Shown: positions 1 to 11,923 of the stretch, one piece after another
Layout: every line of letters starts with the position of its first letter
How positions within the stretch are numbered: the first letter of the stretch is position 1
DNA from: Deltaproteobacteria bacterium
Lineage (GTDB): Bacteria > Desulfobacterota > GWC2-55-46 > DRQE01
Direction of reading: 5' to 3'
Assembly: GCA_015492245.1 (NCBI GenBank)
Contig: WGFM01000012.1
Coordinates: 126,206 to 190,205, forward strand
DNA: 64,000 nucleotides
Made by a program: the position numbers and the translations under genes
Notes under the pieces: generated by a model
Seen by the model: only the letters and a program-made list of their open reading frames with translations
Told to the model about the DNA's origin: nothing
Databases searched by the model: none

Positions 1-1
1 T

Positions 2-601
2 GTGGCCGATAGCCCCATCGAGCTTGCGGCACAGGATGTGTTCTGGGAAGAAAGTGGTGCATATACAGGAGAGATTTCGGCAAAGATGCTACGGGATGTG
101 GGCTGTGAGTATGTGATAGTGGGTCATTCAGAAAGGAGAAGATACTTCGCAGAGACCGATGAGGATGTGAACAGAAAGGTTATGGCACTGCTCAAGGTGG
201 GGCTAAAGCCTATCGTGTGTGTGGGTGAGACCCTCGAGGAAAGGGAGAGGGGCAGAACCATAAGGATTGTAACAGGCCAGCTCAAAGGTGCGCTCAGGGG
301 GCTGGGACCAGGTGGTATAAAAGATGTAGTTGTGGCCTATGAGCCGGTATGGGCGATAGGGACAGGCCGAAACGCCACCCCGGAACAGGCCGAAGAGGTG
401 CACAACACCATGAGAGAACTCCTCTACGAAGAGTTCGGCATGGATGCCGCACAGGATGTAAGGATCATATACGGTGGAAGTGTCAAGCCTGACAACATAG
501 ACTCCCTCATGGCCCAGCCAAACATAGATGGAACCCTTGTTGGTGGTGCAAGCCTCAAGGCAGAGGACTTTGCACGAATAGTGCAGTTCAGACATGTATA
601 G
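2..601 (+). CDS. tpiA: triosephosphate isomerase, N-terminus outside window
   Basis: Motifs 'VGHSERR', '[11 protein letters not shown]' and 'YGGSV'. The frame is open to the window edge. Confidence 0.9.
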   Translation: MADSPIELAAQDVFWEESGAYTGEISAKMLRDVGCEYVIVGHSERRRYFAETDEDVNRKVMALLKVGLKPIVCVGETLEERERGRTIRIVTGQLKGALRGLGPGGIKDVVVAYEPVWAIGTGRNATPEQAEEVHNTMRELLYEEFGMDAAQDVRIIYGGSVKPDNIDSLMAQPNIDGTLVGGASLKAEDFARIVQFRHV

Positions 602-625
602 AAGACAATAGGAGGTATAGGGAGA

Positions 626-1171
626 TTAGCCTCTTATAAGTTTCTTGTCGGGTTTCAGGGGTATATCTATCAGTATATGGCCTGAAAGGGTCTTCCTTTT
701 ACTTCCATTCACAAGTATCTGCACACGGGTTATCTCAGGAAAGTTAAGAGCCACTGTGTTTACTATGGAATATATGGTCTGAAGCTCTGCAGATGAGCCA
801 CCAGGGTGGTTGCTGACCAGCTCCCTGGAAAAATCTATGTAGGCGGTATGGTCTACTACCCTGGCAGACAGAACCCTTGCACCCTGCGGGATCGTCCTTA
901 TAAGAGGTGGTTCAGGAGTCCCTGTGAGGGCATCGAGTGTTCTGGCTATCTCTTCTTCAAGGGTGCCTCTTTCTATGGAGTGTTTCAGTGGGACGAGTCT
1001 CTTTGCCGTCTCGTCCGAGAAATAGAGGGTAACTGTGCGTACCACCGGAGGCTTTTTTTCAGGAGGAAACAGCCTTTCTGTGGACATGGTAAAGAGCAGA
1101 ACAGCCACAACAAATGTTACAACCGCAGCCCCTATCAGCAACCATGGAAAGTCCTTCTTCTTTCTCGCCAT
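626..1171 (-). CDS. GerMN-domain membrane-anchored protein
   Basis: N-terminal TM helix followed by a GerMN-like region ('LYFSDE...', 'YIDFS', 'QIVNTV..', 'ILVNG'). It lies directly downstream of murI. Confidence 0.5.
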   Translation of the reverse strand: MARKKKDFPWLLIGAAVVTFVVAVLLFTMSTERLFPPEKKPPVVRTVTLYFSDETAKRLVPLKHSIERGTLEEEIARTLDALTGTPEPPLIRTIPQGARVLSARVVDHTAYIDFSRELVSNHPGGSSAELQTIYSIVNTVALNFPEITRVQILVNGSKRKTLSGHILIDIPLKPDKKLIRG

Positions 1172-1176
1172 AATTC

Positions 1177-1983
1177 TCAGTTTCCTATGCTTACAAGCCG
1201 GGCCTTGATGGGGGCATTGAAGAATCTTATGCCTACTTCCTGGAATCTCTGGGGGGAGTCTGTAACGAAGAATTTGAATCTGCCTCTGTTCTGCCTTGTT
1301 CTCAGAAGCCTGTGCTCTGACAGCACCCTTCTCACCTCATGAGAAGTGGCCTCTGCAGAGTCTATAAGGACCACCTCTTCACCAAGAACCCTCTTTATGG
1401 TTCTTTTCAGAAGCGGATAATGGGTGCAGCCGAGAACGAGGGTGTCTATCCCTTCTTCCACGAATGATTCAAGATATACCCTGGCGGTAAGGAGGGCCAC
1501 CTGGTTGTCTGTCCACCCCTCTTCTGCAAGGGGCACAAAGAGTGGACATGTTCTCAGATATACCACAACCTTTGAGTCTATCTTCTTTATGGCATCGAAG
1601 TAGGCACCACTCCTTATGGTTCCATCTGTGCCGATAACACCCACCTTCTTTGTCCTTGTTATACCCACCGCCATCCTTGCACCAGGCTCTATGACACCCA
1701 CCACTGGCACAGAGAGCCTTGCGGAAAGCTCACTCAGTGCATAGGCAGATGCGGTGTTGCATGCCACAACAAGAAGTTTTATTCCCCTGTAGACAAGAAA
1801 TTCAGCGTTCTCAAGGGCATACTTTACTACCGTCTCCCTGGATTTTGTCCCGTATGGCACGCGGGCGGTGTCTCCAAGGTAGATTATGTCCTCACCTGGC
1901 AGAACCCGCACCACTTCCTGCATCACAGTGAGGCCACCTATACCAGAATCGAATATACCTATGGGAAGGCTCTTTCTACTCAT
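1177..1983 (-). CDS. murI: glutamate racemase
   Basis: 'IGIFDSGIGGLTV', 'VVACNTAS' and 'LGCTHYP' catalytic-Cys motifs. Confidence 0.92.
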   Translation of the reverse strand: MSRKSLPIGIFDSGIGGLTVMQEVVRVLPGEDIIYLGDTARVPYGTKSRETVVKYALENAEFLVYRGIKLLVVACNTASAYALSELSARLSVPVVGVIEPGARMAVGITRTKKVGVIGTDGTIRSGAYFDAIKKIDSKVVVYLRTCPLFVPLAEEGWTDNQVALLTARVYLESFVEEGIDTLVLGCTHYPLLKRTIKRVLGEEVVLIDSAEATSHEVRRVLSEHRLLRTRQNRGRFKFFVTDSPQRFQEVGIRFFNAPIKARLVSIGN

Positions 1984-2010
1984 CGTATATCTATAAAAGA
2001 ATATTTTAAT

Positions 2011-2499
2011 ATGATGATATTGTCAATGGAAAATTATTGTGGTAATCTCCATTTTATGGACAGAATAGAGTATCTCAAGAAACTGGAGAAGGAACACCAG
2101 GTGATAAGACAACTCTTCAAAGAACTTGAGCCTGTTATGGACGCCTGCGTTGTGGATGACCCCGAATATGTCGAGAAGAAGCTTGAAAGACTCAAAGATG
2201 CCCTTGTGGAGCATGTAAGAGACGAGGATGAACTCTTCTATGGGGAACTGCGCAGGAAGGCGGTGGAACTCAACCAGGATGCCCTCCTGCCTGCACTGGA
2301 CCTCTTCATAGAGGAGATGCGAAAGATAACCTCAAGGGCAGAGGTGTTCTTCAAGGACTACTCCACGCCAGAGGAGATAGCCGAGCGCCAGGCAGATTTT
2401 TCCATGAAGCTTAAAAACCTTGAGGCAGAGGTGCTGAAAAGGATAGAGAGCGAGGAACGCAGCCTCTTCTATATCTACAGGGCATACTTTCCAGATTGA
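2011..2499 (+). CDS. hypothetical helical protein, possibly hemerythrin-like
   Basis: His/Glu-rich helical repeats ('EKEHQ', 'VEHVRDEDELFY'). The start is uncertain and may be Met at ~2056. The stop is 3 nt before PolX. Confidence 0.3.
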   Translation: MMILSMENYCGNLHFMDRIEYLKKLEKEHQVIRQLFKELEPVMDACVVDDPEYVEKKLERLKDALVEHVRDEDELFYGELRRKAVELNQDALLPALDLFIEEMRKITSRAEVFFKDYSTPEEIAERQADFSMKLKNLEAEVLKRIESEERSLFYIYRAYFPD

Positions 2500-2502
2500 G
2501 CC

Positions 2503-4260
2503 ATGGAGAACACAGAGATAGCCAGAATCTTCTACGAGATAGCAGACCTTCTGGAGATAAAGGGTGAAAACCCCTTCAGGGTAAGATCCTACCGGAATGC
2601 AGGGCTCGTCATAGAGGGGCTTCCTGTAAGTGTGAAGTCCATAGTGGAGAGGGATGAGCGCGAGCTCGAGAAGATAAAGGGGATAGGAAGGAGTATACGC
2701 GAGAAGGTTGTGGAAATCCTCAGGACAGGCAGATGCACCTTCCAGGAGCAACTCCTGGAGGAGCTGCCCCGGGGGCTGCTGGAAATTCTCAGGATTTCAG
2801 GGGTTGGCCCACGCAAGGTGGAACTCCTCTACAAAAGGCTCGATATAAAGACGGTGGATGACCTTGAGAGGGCTGCAATGAAGGGGCTTCTCAGGGGGCT
2901 GCCCGGCATGGGGGAGAAGACAGAAAAGAAGATACTCAAGTCCATCGAAGACTACAGGAACCTTAAGATTGCAGCCCAGAGGTTCAGACTCTCTGTTGCC
3001 TATCCCTATGCAGCAGCATATGTGGACCATATCAAGGAGGTTGGCCACATCTCCCAGATAGAGATTGCAGGAAGTCTTCGCAGGTGGAAGGATACCATAG
3101 GGGATGTGGATATTCTCGTTACATGCAGAAAAAAAGGGGCTGCAATGGATGTCATGGAGCACTTTGTAAGCTATCCAGAGGTGAGGGATGTGCTCGCAAA
3201 GGGGGAGACAAAGTCCTCCGTGGTGCTCAATGTGGGGCTTCAGGTGGACTTGAGGGTGCTCGATGAGGGCTCCTTCGGTGCGGCACTGCAGTACTTTACA
3301 GGCTCAAAGGCCCATAATATAGCCATCAGGGACAGGGCAAAAAGACTGGGCCTTAAGATAAGCGAATACGGGGTGTTCAAAGAAAAAACTGGCAGGAAGG
3401 TGGCCGGCAGAACCGAAGAAGAGGTCTACACCGCGGTGGGGCTTGTGTGGATACCGCCGGAGATACGGGAGAACCACGGAGAGATAGAGCTTGCAGAAAA
3501 GGACAGGCTACCACATCTCGTAGAGGAGAAAGACATAAGGGGAGACCTTCACGCCCATACCCACTACAGTGATGGCACAAACACCGTAGAGGAGATGGCA
3601 CTCAAGGCCATAGAACGGGGTTACCAGTATCTGGCGATAACAGACCACTCGAAGGCGGTGGGTATAGCCCACGGGCTGGATGAGAAAAGGATACGAGGCC
3701 AGCTCGAGGAGATAGACAGGGTAAACCAGAGACTTGAGCAGAGGGGCATTGAGTTCGCCCTTCTCAAAGGCACAGAGGTGGATATAAGAGCCGATGGCAC
3801 ACTTGATCACTCACCAGAGGTGTTGGGTGAGCTCGACTGTGTGGTTGCTGCCATACACTCAAGGTTCGATATGCCACAGGCACAGATGACGGAAAGGATA
3901 ATAAGGGCCTTAAGCACAGGCCTTGTGCACATACTTGCACATCCTACTGGAAGGCTCATAGGCATAAGAGAGCCCTACCATGTGGACATGGAGGCCATAA
4001 TGGACTGTGCAAAACAGTATGGTGTGGCACTTGAGCTCAACTCCTATCCAGAAAGGCTTGATCTCAACGACAGCCACTTGAGACTCGCAAAGGACAAGGG
4101 GGTTCTTGTGAGCATAGGAACAGACTCGCACAGTGTGTATCACCTTGAGCACATAACCTATGGGGTGCATACTGCAAGAAGGGGATGGCTTGAGGCAAAG
4201 GATGTGCTCAATGCCATGCCACTTGACAGGCTTCTCAAGGTGCTCAAAAGGAAGGGTTAA
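2503..4260 (+). CDS. polX: family X DNA polymerase with C-terminal PHP domain (PolX)
   Basis: HhH region ('GIGRSIREK', 'GVGPRKV'), Pol-beta nucleotidyltransferase motif 'GSLRRWKDTIGDVDILV', and PHP motifs 'DLHAHTHYSDG' and 'ITDHS'. Confidence 0.88.
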   Translation: MENTEIARIFYEIADLLEIKGENPFRVRSYRNAGLVIEGLPVSVKSIVERDERELEKIKGIGRSIREKVVEILRTGRCTFQEQLLEELPRGLLEILRISGVGPRKVELLYKRLDIKTVDDLERAAMKGLLRGLPGMGEKTEKKILKSIEDYRNLKIAAQRFRLSVAYPYAAAYVDHIKEVGHISQIEIAGSLRRWKDTIGDVDILVTCRKKGAAMDVMEHFVSYPEVRDVLAKGETKSSVVLNVGLQVDLRVLDEGSFGAALQYFTGSKAHNIAIRDRAKRLGLKISEYGVFKEKTGRKVAGRTEEEVYTAVGLVWIPPEIRENHGEIELAEKDRLPHLVEEKDIRGDLHAHTHYSDGTNTVEEMALKAIERGYQYLAITDHSKAVGIAHGLDEKRIRGQLEEIDRVNQRLEQRGIEFALLKGTEVDIRADGTLDHSPEVLGELDCVVAAIHSRFDMPQAQMTERIIRALSTGLVHILAHPTGRLIGIREPYHVDMEAIMDCAKQYGVALELNSYPERLDLNDSHLRLAKDKGVLVSIGTDSHSVYHLEHITYGVHTARRGWLEAKDVLNAMPLDRLLKVLKRKG

Positions 4261-5600
4261 AGGGCCTTCTGGTGCATGCGTCCCATAAGGTGCATGGATT
4301 CCACCTTCACCTTTGCTATTCTGTTCTTTTCCATGTCTACCACGGTGAACCTGTAACCGCTGTGTATAACGAATTCTCCACCACGAGGTATACGCTGGAG
4401 TTTTGAGAGCATGAAGCCTGCAAGGGTGTTGTATTCCTCAAGGTCTTCCTCTGAGAAGGGCAGGCCTATCTCCTTGAGGTCCTTCAAAGAGGCAGATGCA
4501 TCTATGACCATTGTGCCGTTTCTGAGCCTTTCCACGAGCCCGCCCTTTTCCACATCGTATTCGTCCTCTATCTCTCCCACGATTTCTTCCAGGATGTCCT
4601 CTATCGTAACGAGCCCGTCCACATCGCCATGTTCGTCCACCACTATGGCTATGTGGGTCTTCCTTTTCTGCATGTCTCGCAAAAGGGTGCTTATCATTAT
4701 GGTATTCGGCACGAAAAATGGTGGACGCACAAGCTCTCTAAGGACTATGGTCTTTTTCTGCTCTATTGCCCTGAAGAGGTCCTTGTTGAAGAGTATTCCC
4801 ACCATGTTGTCCATGGTCTCCCTGTATACCGGGTATCTGGAAAAACCTGTCTCTGCCACAAGTTTCAGCACCTCTTCGGGTGGGGTGTCTATCTCTATGG
4901 CACAGAATTTCGGTTTGGGCACCATTATCTCCTTGACCGTTGTGTCTGCGAACTCGAACACCCCGTGCAGAAGCTGTGCCTCTGTCTCCTGTAGCACTCC
5001 CCTTTCACGGCTCTCCTTTATGTAGTATTTCAGTTCCTCTCTTGGTATGAGCACCTCTTTTATGCCCTCTTTTATGCCGATGAGCCTTAAAAGAAATGTG
5101 GTTGATGCAGTGAGAACCCTTACGAAGGGAGAAAACATCCTTGAGACGAGCTCTATGGGCCTTGCAATCACAAAGGCTATGCGCTCTGAGTATCTCAGGG
5201 CGAGAGATTTGGGCACCAGCTCGCCCACAATGAGCATGGCATAGGATATGAGTATGACCACTGTGCCCACTGCAAGAAGCTCTGCCATATCCTGAACGGG
5301 CCCGAAGGGAACAGCCCTGTAGATGGGCTTGAGGAACTCTATGGCCACCACACCACCTATGACGGAGGCAAGGGTGCCTATGAGGGTTACACCCACCTGT
5401 ATGGTTGCAAGAAAGCGCTCGGGCTCGTCCTTCATCTTCGAGACAAGCCTTGCAGAGCCCTTACCGTCTTTTGCAAATTTTTCTACTACACTGCGGCGGG
5501 ATGAGATTATGGCTATCTCAGATGTTGCAAAGAAGCCGTTAAGGAGTATGAGAAGAAATATTATAATAGCCTCTATAAGCAATCCTTCTATGCTCGACAC
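4257..5600 (-). CDS. CNNM/HlyC-CorC family transporter (DUF21-CBS pair-CorC_HlyC)
   Basis: Four N-terminal TM helices, CBS region ('VKEIMVPK...', 'HIAIVVDEHG...GLVTIEDILEEIVGEI') and a CorC C-terminal domain. Confidence 0.85.
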   Translation of the reverse strand: MSSIEGLLIEAIIIFLLILLNGFFATSEIAIISSRRSVVEKFAKDGKGSARLVSKMKDEPERFLATIQVGVTLIGTLASVIGGVVAIEFLKPIYRAVPFGPVQDMAELLAVGTVVILISYAMLIVGELVPKSLALRYSERIAFVIARPIELVSRMFSPFVRVLTASTTFLLRLIGIKEGIKEVLIPREELKYYIKESRERGVLQETEAQLLHGVFEFADTTVKEIMVPKPKFCAIEIDTPPEEVLKLVAETGFSRYPVYRETMDNMVGILFNKDLFRAIEQKKTIVLRELVRPPFFVPNTIMISTLLRDMQKRKTHIAIVVDEHGDVDGLVTIEDILEEIVGEIEDEYDVEKGGLVERLRNGTMVIDASASLKDLKEIGLPFSEEDLEEYNTLAGFMLSKLQRIPRGGEFVIHSGYRFTVVDMEKNRIAKVKVESMHLMGRMHQKAL

Positions 5601-5704
5601 CTATCCTCCTTATAGAACTTGAAAGTCCCCTTTTACAAGATGGAAACCTTTCATCTCCAATTATAGCACAGAACAGGGGACACTTACAAGCTGACACCCT
5701 CTGG

Positions 5705-6046
5705 TCAGCAGGTAAGATGGAAGGCACCTGCCTTTCTCTTCTCCTTCAGCTCATTGAAGGTCTTCCAGGCAGAAAGTGTCCTCTCCACAACGAGCCTTAT
5801 ACCAGCCCTTTCTGCCACAATTTCTACCTCCCGGGATACCCTGAGCCTTCCATCGTAACCTGTGCCGACAACGAGCACCACTGGTTTCTCCTTCAGCACG
5901 GGCTCAAGGTCTTCCACTAAGAGAGTGTGCCCCTCCTTCCGCCACCAGTTGGGCACCACACCAGAGGGGAGGATGATAAGGTCTGTGGTGTAGGCAACAC
6001 CATCCACATCCATGAAGCCAAAGCTATAGGAATTTATCCTTGCCAT
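5705..6046 (-). CDS. Mth938-like (DUF498) domain protein
   Basis: 'I..YSFG...VDG..Y..DLII.P' and 'VVLVVGTG' pattern typical of the Mth938 fold. Confidence 0.55.
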   Translation of the reverse strand: MARINSYSFGFMDVDGVAYTTDLIILPSGVVPNWWRKEGHTLLVEDLEPVLKEKPVVLVVGTGYDGRLRVSREVEIVAERAGIRLVVERTLSAWKTFNELKEKRKAGAFHLTC

Positions 6047-6052
6047 AGGGTG

Positions 6053-7387
<1,335 letters not shown>

Positions 7388-7463
7388 TCAGGCAGAAAAA
7401 AAGCAAGTATTTGACTTGCCATGCGATATAATATTTATTATAGATGGCTCTGAAGGTGTTCTC

Positions 7464-9089
7464 ATGCATACACTCACACTTTTGAACATATTCGGCGGGG
7501 TGTTTCTGCTCCTTTATGGCATGCGGCTTGTGGGAGATGGGCTTCAGAAGGCATGCGGGGCAAGGTTGAGGGGGTTTCTGCTCACCGCGACCGCCAACAG
7601 GATGCGTGGTGTGTTTGTGGGTGCGGTAATAACCGCACTCCTTCAGAGCTCCAGTGCAACCACCGTGATGTTAGTGGGCCTTGTGGGCTCTGGCCTCATA
7701 GGGCTATCCCAGACCATGGGGGTAATCCTGGGGGCAGATATAGGAACCACCCTGACGGTGCAGATAATAGCCTTCAGGATATACGACTATGCCTTGGGAC
7801 TCGTTGGCCTGGGGATACTGGTAAGGCTTGTATCCAGAAGGGAAGAGTTCCAGCACGGTGGCACAGCCATACTCGGCTTCGGCTTTGTGTTCTTTGCCAT
7901 AAAGATACTCATAGATACCTTCGACCCAGGGGGTGGCAACAGCCTTATGGCAGACCTTATAGCAGGTCTCGGAGAGGACCTCTTTGCCGGCATCGTCATA
8001 TCCGCCCTTGTTACGGCCATACTCCACTCGAGTGCTGCCACCCTGGGTATAGCCATATCTGCCTCCTACTCTGGTGCCCTCAGCCTTGAGGCAGCCATAC
8101 CCATAGTGCTGGGTGCGAACATAGGAACATGTGTAACCGCCATACTTTCCAGCATGGGCTCCACGGTGGATGCGAAAAGGGTTGCCCTTGCACACATACT
8201 CTTCAAGGTGGCAGGCGTGGTGGTCATACTTCCATTGATAGGACCATTTACAGAGCTTGTAAGACTTGCATCAGACGATATGCCCCGCCAGATAGCCTAT
8301 GCCCATACCTTCTTCAACATAGGGATAGCCATAATCTTCCTGCCCATTACATCCATATTCACCAGTGCGGTAAGATACATGATTCCACAGGAGAGAGAAC
8401 CCCTCAGGATGGGGCCAAGGTATCTCGACCCACTGGTGCTCACAACACCATCACTCGCACTGGGGCAGGCATCACGGGAGGCCCTCAGGGTGGCAGACAT
8501 GGTGCAGGAGATGATCAAGGACTCCATAATAGTGTTCAAGAGAAACGACAGGGCACTCTGCGAGAGGCTACAGGAAAGGGACAACGATGTGGACCTTCTT
8601 GACCGCGAGATAAAGCTCTACCTTACAAAACTCTCCCGCGAGAGCCTTACCGAAGAGCAGGCACAGCGCGAATTCGAGATACTGGCATTCACCAACAATA
8701 TGGAGAACATAGGTGATGTGATAGACAAGAACCTCATGGAGCTGGCACTTAAGAAGATAGAAAATCATCTCTCCTTCTCAGAAGAGGGAATGAGGGAGAT
8801 AGAGAGTCTCCACAGAAAGGTGCTCGAGAACTTCGAGATAGGGGTTATAACATTCACCAATAGCGACAGAGAACTTGCCCGCCGGCTTCTACAGAGAAAG
8901 GCCAGGGTTGCGGAACTTGAAAGAAGGCTCCGCCAGGCCCATATAGACAGGCTCCACAGGGGGCTCAAGGAATCCATAGACACAAGCGCCATACACCTGG
9001 ACATACTGACCAACCTTAAGAGGATAAACTCCTACATATGTAACATAGCCTACACCATACTTGGCGAAGAGAAGGAAAGCTCCGCATAA
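7464..9089 (+). CDS. Na/Pi cotransporter family protein with PhoU-like C-terminal repeats
   Basis: 'LFLYGM', 'QSSSATT' and 'HSSAAT' duplicated NptA motifs, with a helical PhoU-like tail. I prefer ATG 7464 ('MHTLTLL') over the track start 7416. Confidence 0.8.
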   Translation: MHTLTLLNIFGGVFLLLYGMRLVGDGLQKACGARLRGFLLTATANRMRGVFVGAVITALLQSSSATTVMLVGLVGSGLIGLSQTMGVILGADIGTTLTVQIIAFRIYDYALGLVGLGILVRLVSRREEFQHGGTAILGFGFVFFAIKILIDTFDPGGGNSLMADLIAGLGEDLFAGIVISALVTAILHSSAATLGIAISASYSGALSLEAAIPIVLGANIGTCVTAILSSMGSTVDAKRVALAHILFKVAGVVVILPLIGPFTELVRLASDDMPRQIAYAHTFFNIGIAIIFLPITSIFTSAVRYMIPQEREPLRMGPRYLDPLVLTTPSLALGQASREALRVADMVQEMIKDSIIVFKRNDRALCERLQERDNDVDLLDREIKLYLTKLSRESLTEEQAQREFEILAFTNNMENIGDVIDKNLMELALKKIENHLSFSEEGMREIESLHRKVLENFEIGVITFTNSDRELARRLLQRKARVAELERRLRQAHIDRLHRGLKESIDTSAIHLDILTNLKRINSYICNIAYTILGEEKESSA

Positions 9090-9107
9090 ATCTGCTATAA
9101 TCTATAC

Positions 9108-9608
9108 ATGAAGAAGAAGGAAGGACCCATACTGATAGTGGGTGTGGGAAACATCCTTTTTTCAGACGAAGGGCTCGGTGTGAGGACGCTGGAATACCTT
9201 GAGAAACACTACCACATCCCCGAGGGGCTGACCCTTCTCGATGGTGGAACCACGGGGCTCAGCCTTGTAGACTGCCTGCTCGATGCCAGGAAGGTGATAA
9301 TAGTGGATGCCATAAGGGGTGGAAATCCACCGGGCTTCGTATACAGTCTTGAGCTGAAGGAGGTGCCATCCGAGATAAGACCCCTTTTCAGCCTCCATCA
9401 ACTGGGGATGAACGAGATTGTAGGGCTTTCAAGGGTTCTCAATGATAAACTCGATATAGTGCTTGCAGGGATGGAACCCATGGAACTCTCGCCCTCCACA
9501 GAGCTGTCTGCGGTTGTAAGGTTGAGGATGCCGCTACTTGCAGAGGCCATAAAGAAGGAGGTCAGAAAGAGCGGGGCAAGGCTACGAAAGAGAAGATGCA
9601 GAGGGTGA
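9108..9608 (+). CDS. [NiFe]-hydrogenase maturation endopeptidase (HyaD/HybD/HycI family)
   Basis: 'ILIVGVGNILFSDEGLGV', 'DGGT.G' and 'IIVDA' motifs. It overlaps the hypF start. Confidence 0.85.
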   Translation: MKKKEGPILIVGVGNILFSDEGLGVRTLEYLEKHYHIPEGLTLLDGGTTGLSLVDCLLDARKVIIVDAIRGGNPPGFVYSLELKEVPSEIRPLFSLHQLGMNEIVGLSRVLNDKLDIVLAGMEPMELSPSTELSAVVRLRMPLLAEAIKKEVRKSGARLRKRRCRG

Positions 9609-11881
9609 GAATACGCATAAAGGGGATTGTGCAGGGCGTGGGGTTCAGGCCCTTTGTGTACAATCTTGCAGAAAAATATGGTCTCAGGGGGTTCTGCATG
9701 AACGACACAGAGGGTGTGCTCATAGATGTGGAGGGGACAGATATGGAGGGCTTCATAGGAGAGATCAAGAGGTGTCATCCTCCACTTGCAAGGATAGAGT
9801 CCCTGTCTGTAGAAAGGCTCGAGCCTGCCACCTTCTCTGGGTTCAGGATAGAGGAGAGCCAGACCCGCACAAAGAGGTTTCCCCTCATACCACCTGATGT
9901 GGCCATCTGTAGAGAGTGCCTGGGGGAGCTTTTCAGCAGAGAAGACAGGAGATACCTCTATCCCTTCATAAACTGCACAGACTGTGGCCCCCGTTATTCC
10001 ATAATAGAAGATGTTCCCTACGACAGGGAACGCACCACCATGCGCACCTTCCGGATGTGCGAGGCCTGCCACCAGGAATACCACAACCCCAGGGACCGCC
10101 GTTTCCATGCCCAGCCCAATGCCTGCTGGCAGTGTGGCCCACAGGTGTGGCTTGTAGACAGAGAGGGCGCTACCCTCTGTGAAAAAAAGATGGCGGTGGA
10201 GAAGGCAAGAGAACTCATAAAAGAGGGGGCAATAGTTGCACTGAAGGGGCTCGGGGGGTTCCATCTTGTGTGCGATGCCGAAAACGATGAGGCGGTGAAG
10301 ACCTTGAGACAGAGAAAACACCGCCCCGCAAAGCCACTGGCGGTTATGTCGCAGAATCTTGAGACCCTGAGGACCTACGCAGAGGTAAGCCCCACAGAAG
10401 AAAGGCTCCTTACATCCCTGGAAAGCCCCATAGTGCTGGTAAGGAGGCTTCCCCGAAATCCCCTTTCAGCACTTGTAGCCCCCGGTATGGAAATATTGGG
10501 CGTCATGCTCGCCTACACACCGCTGCATCATCTGCTCACAGGGGGGTTCAGAGCGCTGGTCATGACAAGTGGCAACATCGCAGATGAGCCCATAGCCATA
10601 TCCAACGAGGAGGCACTGGAAAGACTGCACAGTATTGCAGATTACTTCCTTCTTCACAACCGCCCCATACACACCCGTGTGGATGACTCCATAGTAAGGG
10701 TCGGTAAGAATCGTCCCATTGTCTTGAGGCGCGCAAGGGGCTATACCCCCCATGTGGTGCGCATAGCCCAAAGAGGCCCCGAGCTTGTGGCCTTTGGAGG
10801 AGAGAAGAAGCAGAGCCTCACCCTTGTGAGCTCTGGCTACGCCATAATGAGCCAGCATATAGGAGAGCTCTCTACAGTAAAGACCCTTGAGTTCCTCAAG
10901 GAGAGCCTTGAAAAACTCAAGAGGCTGTTCTCTGTTGAGCCCACCGTTGTTGTCCACGATATGCACCCCCACTACCTTACCACAGGGTTCGCAAAGGAAT
11001 ATGCAAGAGAGCATTCCATAGAGGACGCCAGAGTGATTGCCGCCCAGCATCACCATGCACACATAGCAAGTGTCATGGCAGAGTGGGGGCTTGAGGATGA
11101 ACTGATAGGGGTCAGTTTCGATGGCACGGGCTACGGGACCGATGGGTGCGTGTGGGGTGGAGAGTTCATGGTGGCAACGAGAGAGGACTTTACAAGGGAG
11201 GCACACCTCAGGTATATGCCCATGCCAGGCGGAGAAAAGGTAATAGAGGAGCCCTGGAGGATGGCAGCCTCCTATCTTCATGCCATACATGGCGAAAGAC
11301 TGGAGGACTGGCCAGCGGAGTTTCTCGAGCGGGTGGGTGAGAAGAGGGTGGTGGCCATATCAAAGCTCATAGAACACAGGATAAACACCCCCCTTACATC
11401 GAGCGGGGGAAGACTCTTCGATGCGGTGGCCTCCATTACAGGGCTTAAAGACCATGTAACCTTCGAGGGCGAGGCCGCCATGGTCTTGACAGAGCTGGCC
11501 GAAGGAGAGAAAGAAGGTGGCTGCTATCCCTTCGAGATAAAGGAGAACGGCACCATGGAGATCAATACCCTGCCCACAGTAGAGGCCATAGCCGAAGAGA
11601 TGAAGGATGGTGTGCCTGTATCCATCATATCCCGAAGGTTTCACAACACCCTTGTGCTCATGATGGTAGAGGTGGTGGACATACTCTGTGAGAGAACAGG
11701 CATACGCGATGTTGTCCTTTCAGGCGGGGTGTTCCAGAATATGCTCTTGCTCCATGGGGTGGTGGAGGGGCTAAAGAAGATGGGGCTCAATGTATACCAC
11801 AACCAGCGCTTTCCCATAAACGATGGCGGGCTATCACTGGGGCAGGCACTCATAGGGCTTGAAAGAGCCAGAAGAGGTTGA
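9596..11881 (+). CDS. hypF: carbamoyltransferase HypF
   Basis: Acylphosphatase domain 'GIVQGVGFRPFVY', two Zn-finger pairs ('C.EC...F.NCT.CGPR', 'C..C..EY....RRFHAQ.NAC..CGP'), and YrdC and Kae1-like domains. Confidence 0.95.
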   Translation: MQRVRIRIKGIVQGVGFRPFVYNLAEKYGLRGFCMNDTEGVLIDVEGTDMEGFIGEIKRCHPPLARIESLSVERLEPATFSGFRIEESQTRTKRFPLIPPDVAICRECLGELFSREDRRYLYPFINCTDCGPRYSIIEDVPYDRERTTMRTFRMCEACHQEYHNPRDRRFHAQPNACWQCGPQVWLVDREGATLCEKKMAVEKARELIKEGAIVALKGLGGFHLVCDAENDEAVKTLRQRKHRPAKPLAVMSQNLETLRTYAEVSPTEERLLTSLESPIVLVRRLPRNPLSALVAPGMEILGVMLAYTPLHHLLTGGFRALVMTSGNIADEPIAISNEEALERLHSIADYFLLHNRPIHTRVDDSIVRVGKNRPIVLRRARGYTPHVVRIAQRGPELVAFGGEKKQSLTLVSSGYAIMSQHIGELSTVKTLEFLKESLEKLKRLFSVEPTVVVHDMHPHYLTTGFAKEYAREHSIEDARVIAAQHHHAHIASVMAEWGLEDELIGVSFDGTGYGTDGCVWGGEFMVATREDFTREAHLRYMPMPGGEKVIEEPWRMAASYLHAIHGERLEDWPAEFLERVGEKRVVAISKLIEHRINTPLTSSGGRLFDAVASITGLKDHVTFEGEAAMVLTELAEGEKEGGCYPFEIKENGTMEINTLPTVEAIAEEMKDGVPVSIISRRFHNTLVLMMVEVVDILCERTGIRDVVLSGGVFQNMLLLHGVVEGLKKMGLNVYHNQRFPINDGGLSLGQALIGLERARRG

Positions 11882-11923
11882 TAATCCGACCATTGCTTTA
11901 TTACTGACAGGGAGGCAGAATCT

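Noticed and set aside
2011-2499. A confident hemerythrin assignment.
   Set aside because: Only scattered His/Glu residues were seen. I could not lay out the full H-HxxxE-H-HxxxxD ligand set by eye, so the function is left as hypothetical.
7411-7439. A sigma-70 promoter, TTGACT...TATAAT, upstream of the Na/Pi transporter.
   Set aside because: The perfect TATAAT is only 10 nt from the -35 element. The alternative with a 17-nt spacer uses a weak TTTATT. This is too ambiguous to call.
9398-10321. Long antisense ORFs in the track. Examples are 9398..10321(-), 15884..16726(-), 22469..23791(+), 41834..42895(-), 44189..45172(-), 45695..46711(-) and 59173..60165(-).
   Set aside because: Each lies opposite a gene with clear family motifs (hypF, pcm/surE, SCO1 and the cytochrome b fusion, the GpgS-like gene, TolC, MFP/RND, selB). 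Their translations are low-complexity, Cys/His/Tyr-rich and motif-free. They are shadow ORFs typical of purine-rich coding strands.
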